Assembly: GCF_006345805.1 (NCBI RefSeq)
Contig: NC_043000.1
Location: forward strand, 156,984,001 to 157,048,000
DNA: 64,000 nt
Origin: Octopus sinensis
Lineage: Eukaryota
Direction: 5' to 3'
The notes under the pieces were generated by a model. It was not told the DNA's origin and did not search any database. It saw only the letters and a list, made by a program, of their open reading frames with translations. This document shows positions 63,879 through 64,000 of the stretch, piece by piece. The position numbers and the translations under genes were made by a program. How positions within the stretch are numbered: the first letter of the stretch is position 1; each line of letters begins with the position of its first letter.

Positions 63879-64000
63879 CTAACTCTTACCATTGATAACC
63901 ATACTAATTACATTCTACATGATCGTCATGTCCTTGCTAAAAATAGCAGCCAAATCTCCAAACACTCATAGTCTCATGTGTCAAAAAATATAGGAAAAAT

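Overview
Eukaryotic, very repeat-rich, essentially non-coding DNA. The SINE families and the (TA)n/(GTAT)n/(CAC)n/(ATC)n microsatellite load match what I recall of octopus (coleoid cephalopod) genomes; this is an inference, not a database result. I recognise no host protein-coding gene, rRNA, true tRNA or CRISPR. Nearly all long ORFs in the track are microsatellite artefacts; the rest are decayed transposon proteins. Contents: about 25 SINE copies of at least 4 modular tRNA-derived types; LINE remnants (two CR1-like, two RTE-like, two R4/Dong-like); DNA transposon remnants (Tc1, mariner, hAT, a pogo-like element with a C-terminal PHD finger and an apparent intron, a Helentron-type non-autonomous element); and many Penelope-like (PLE) terminal repeats. 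The most striking signal is a set of hammerhead ribozyme (HHR) motifs in at least six unrelated PLE-type or tandem repeats, most sitting in (TA)n tracts. They include one apparently intact canonical type I HHR (53286-53379, minus), inverted HHR pairs inside long palindromes, a type III-like candidate in a 469-bp partial tandem, and a retrozyme-like array. HHRs in PLEs and retrozymes are a known phenomenon; whether these particular families are described cannot be checked here. A second highlight is that the dominant SINE shares a structurally conserved 3' stem-loop with both CR1-like LINEs in the window. All coordinates were counted by hand; element boundaries are approximate unless a TSD is quoted.
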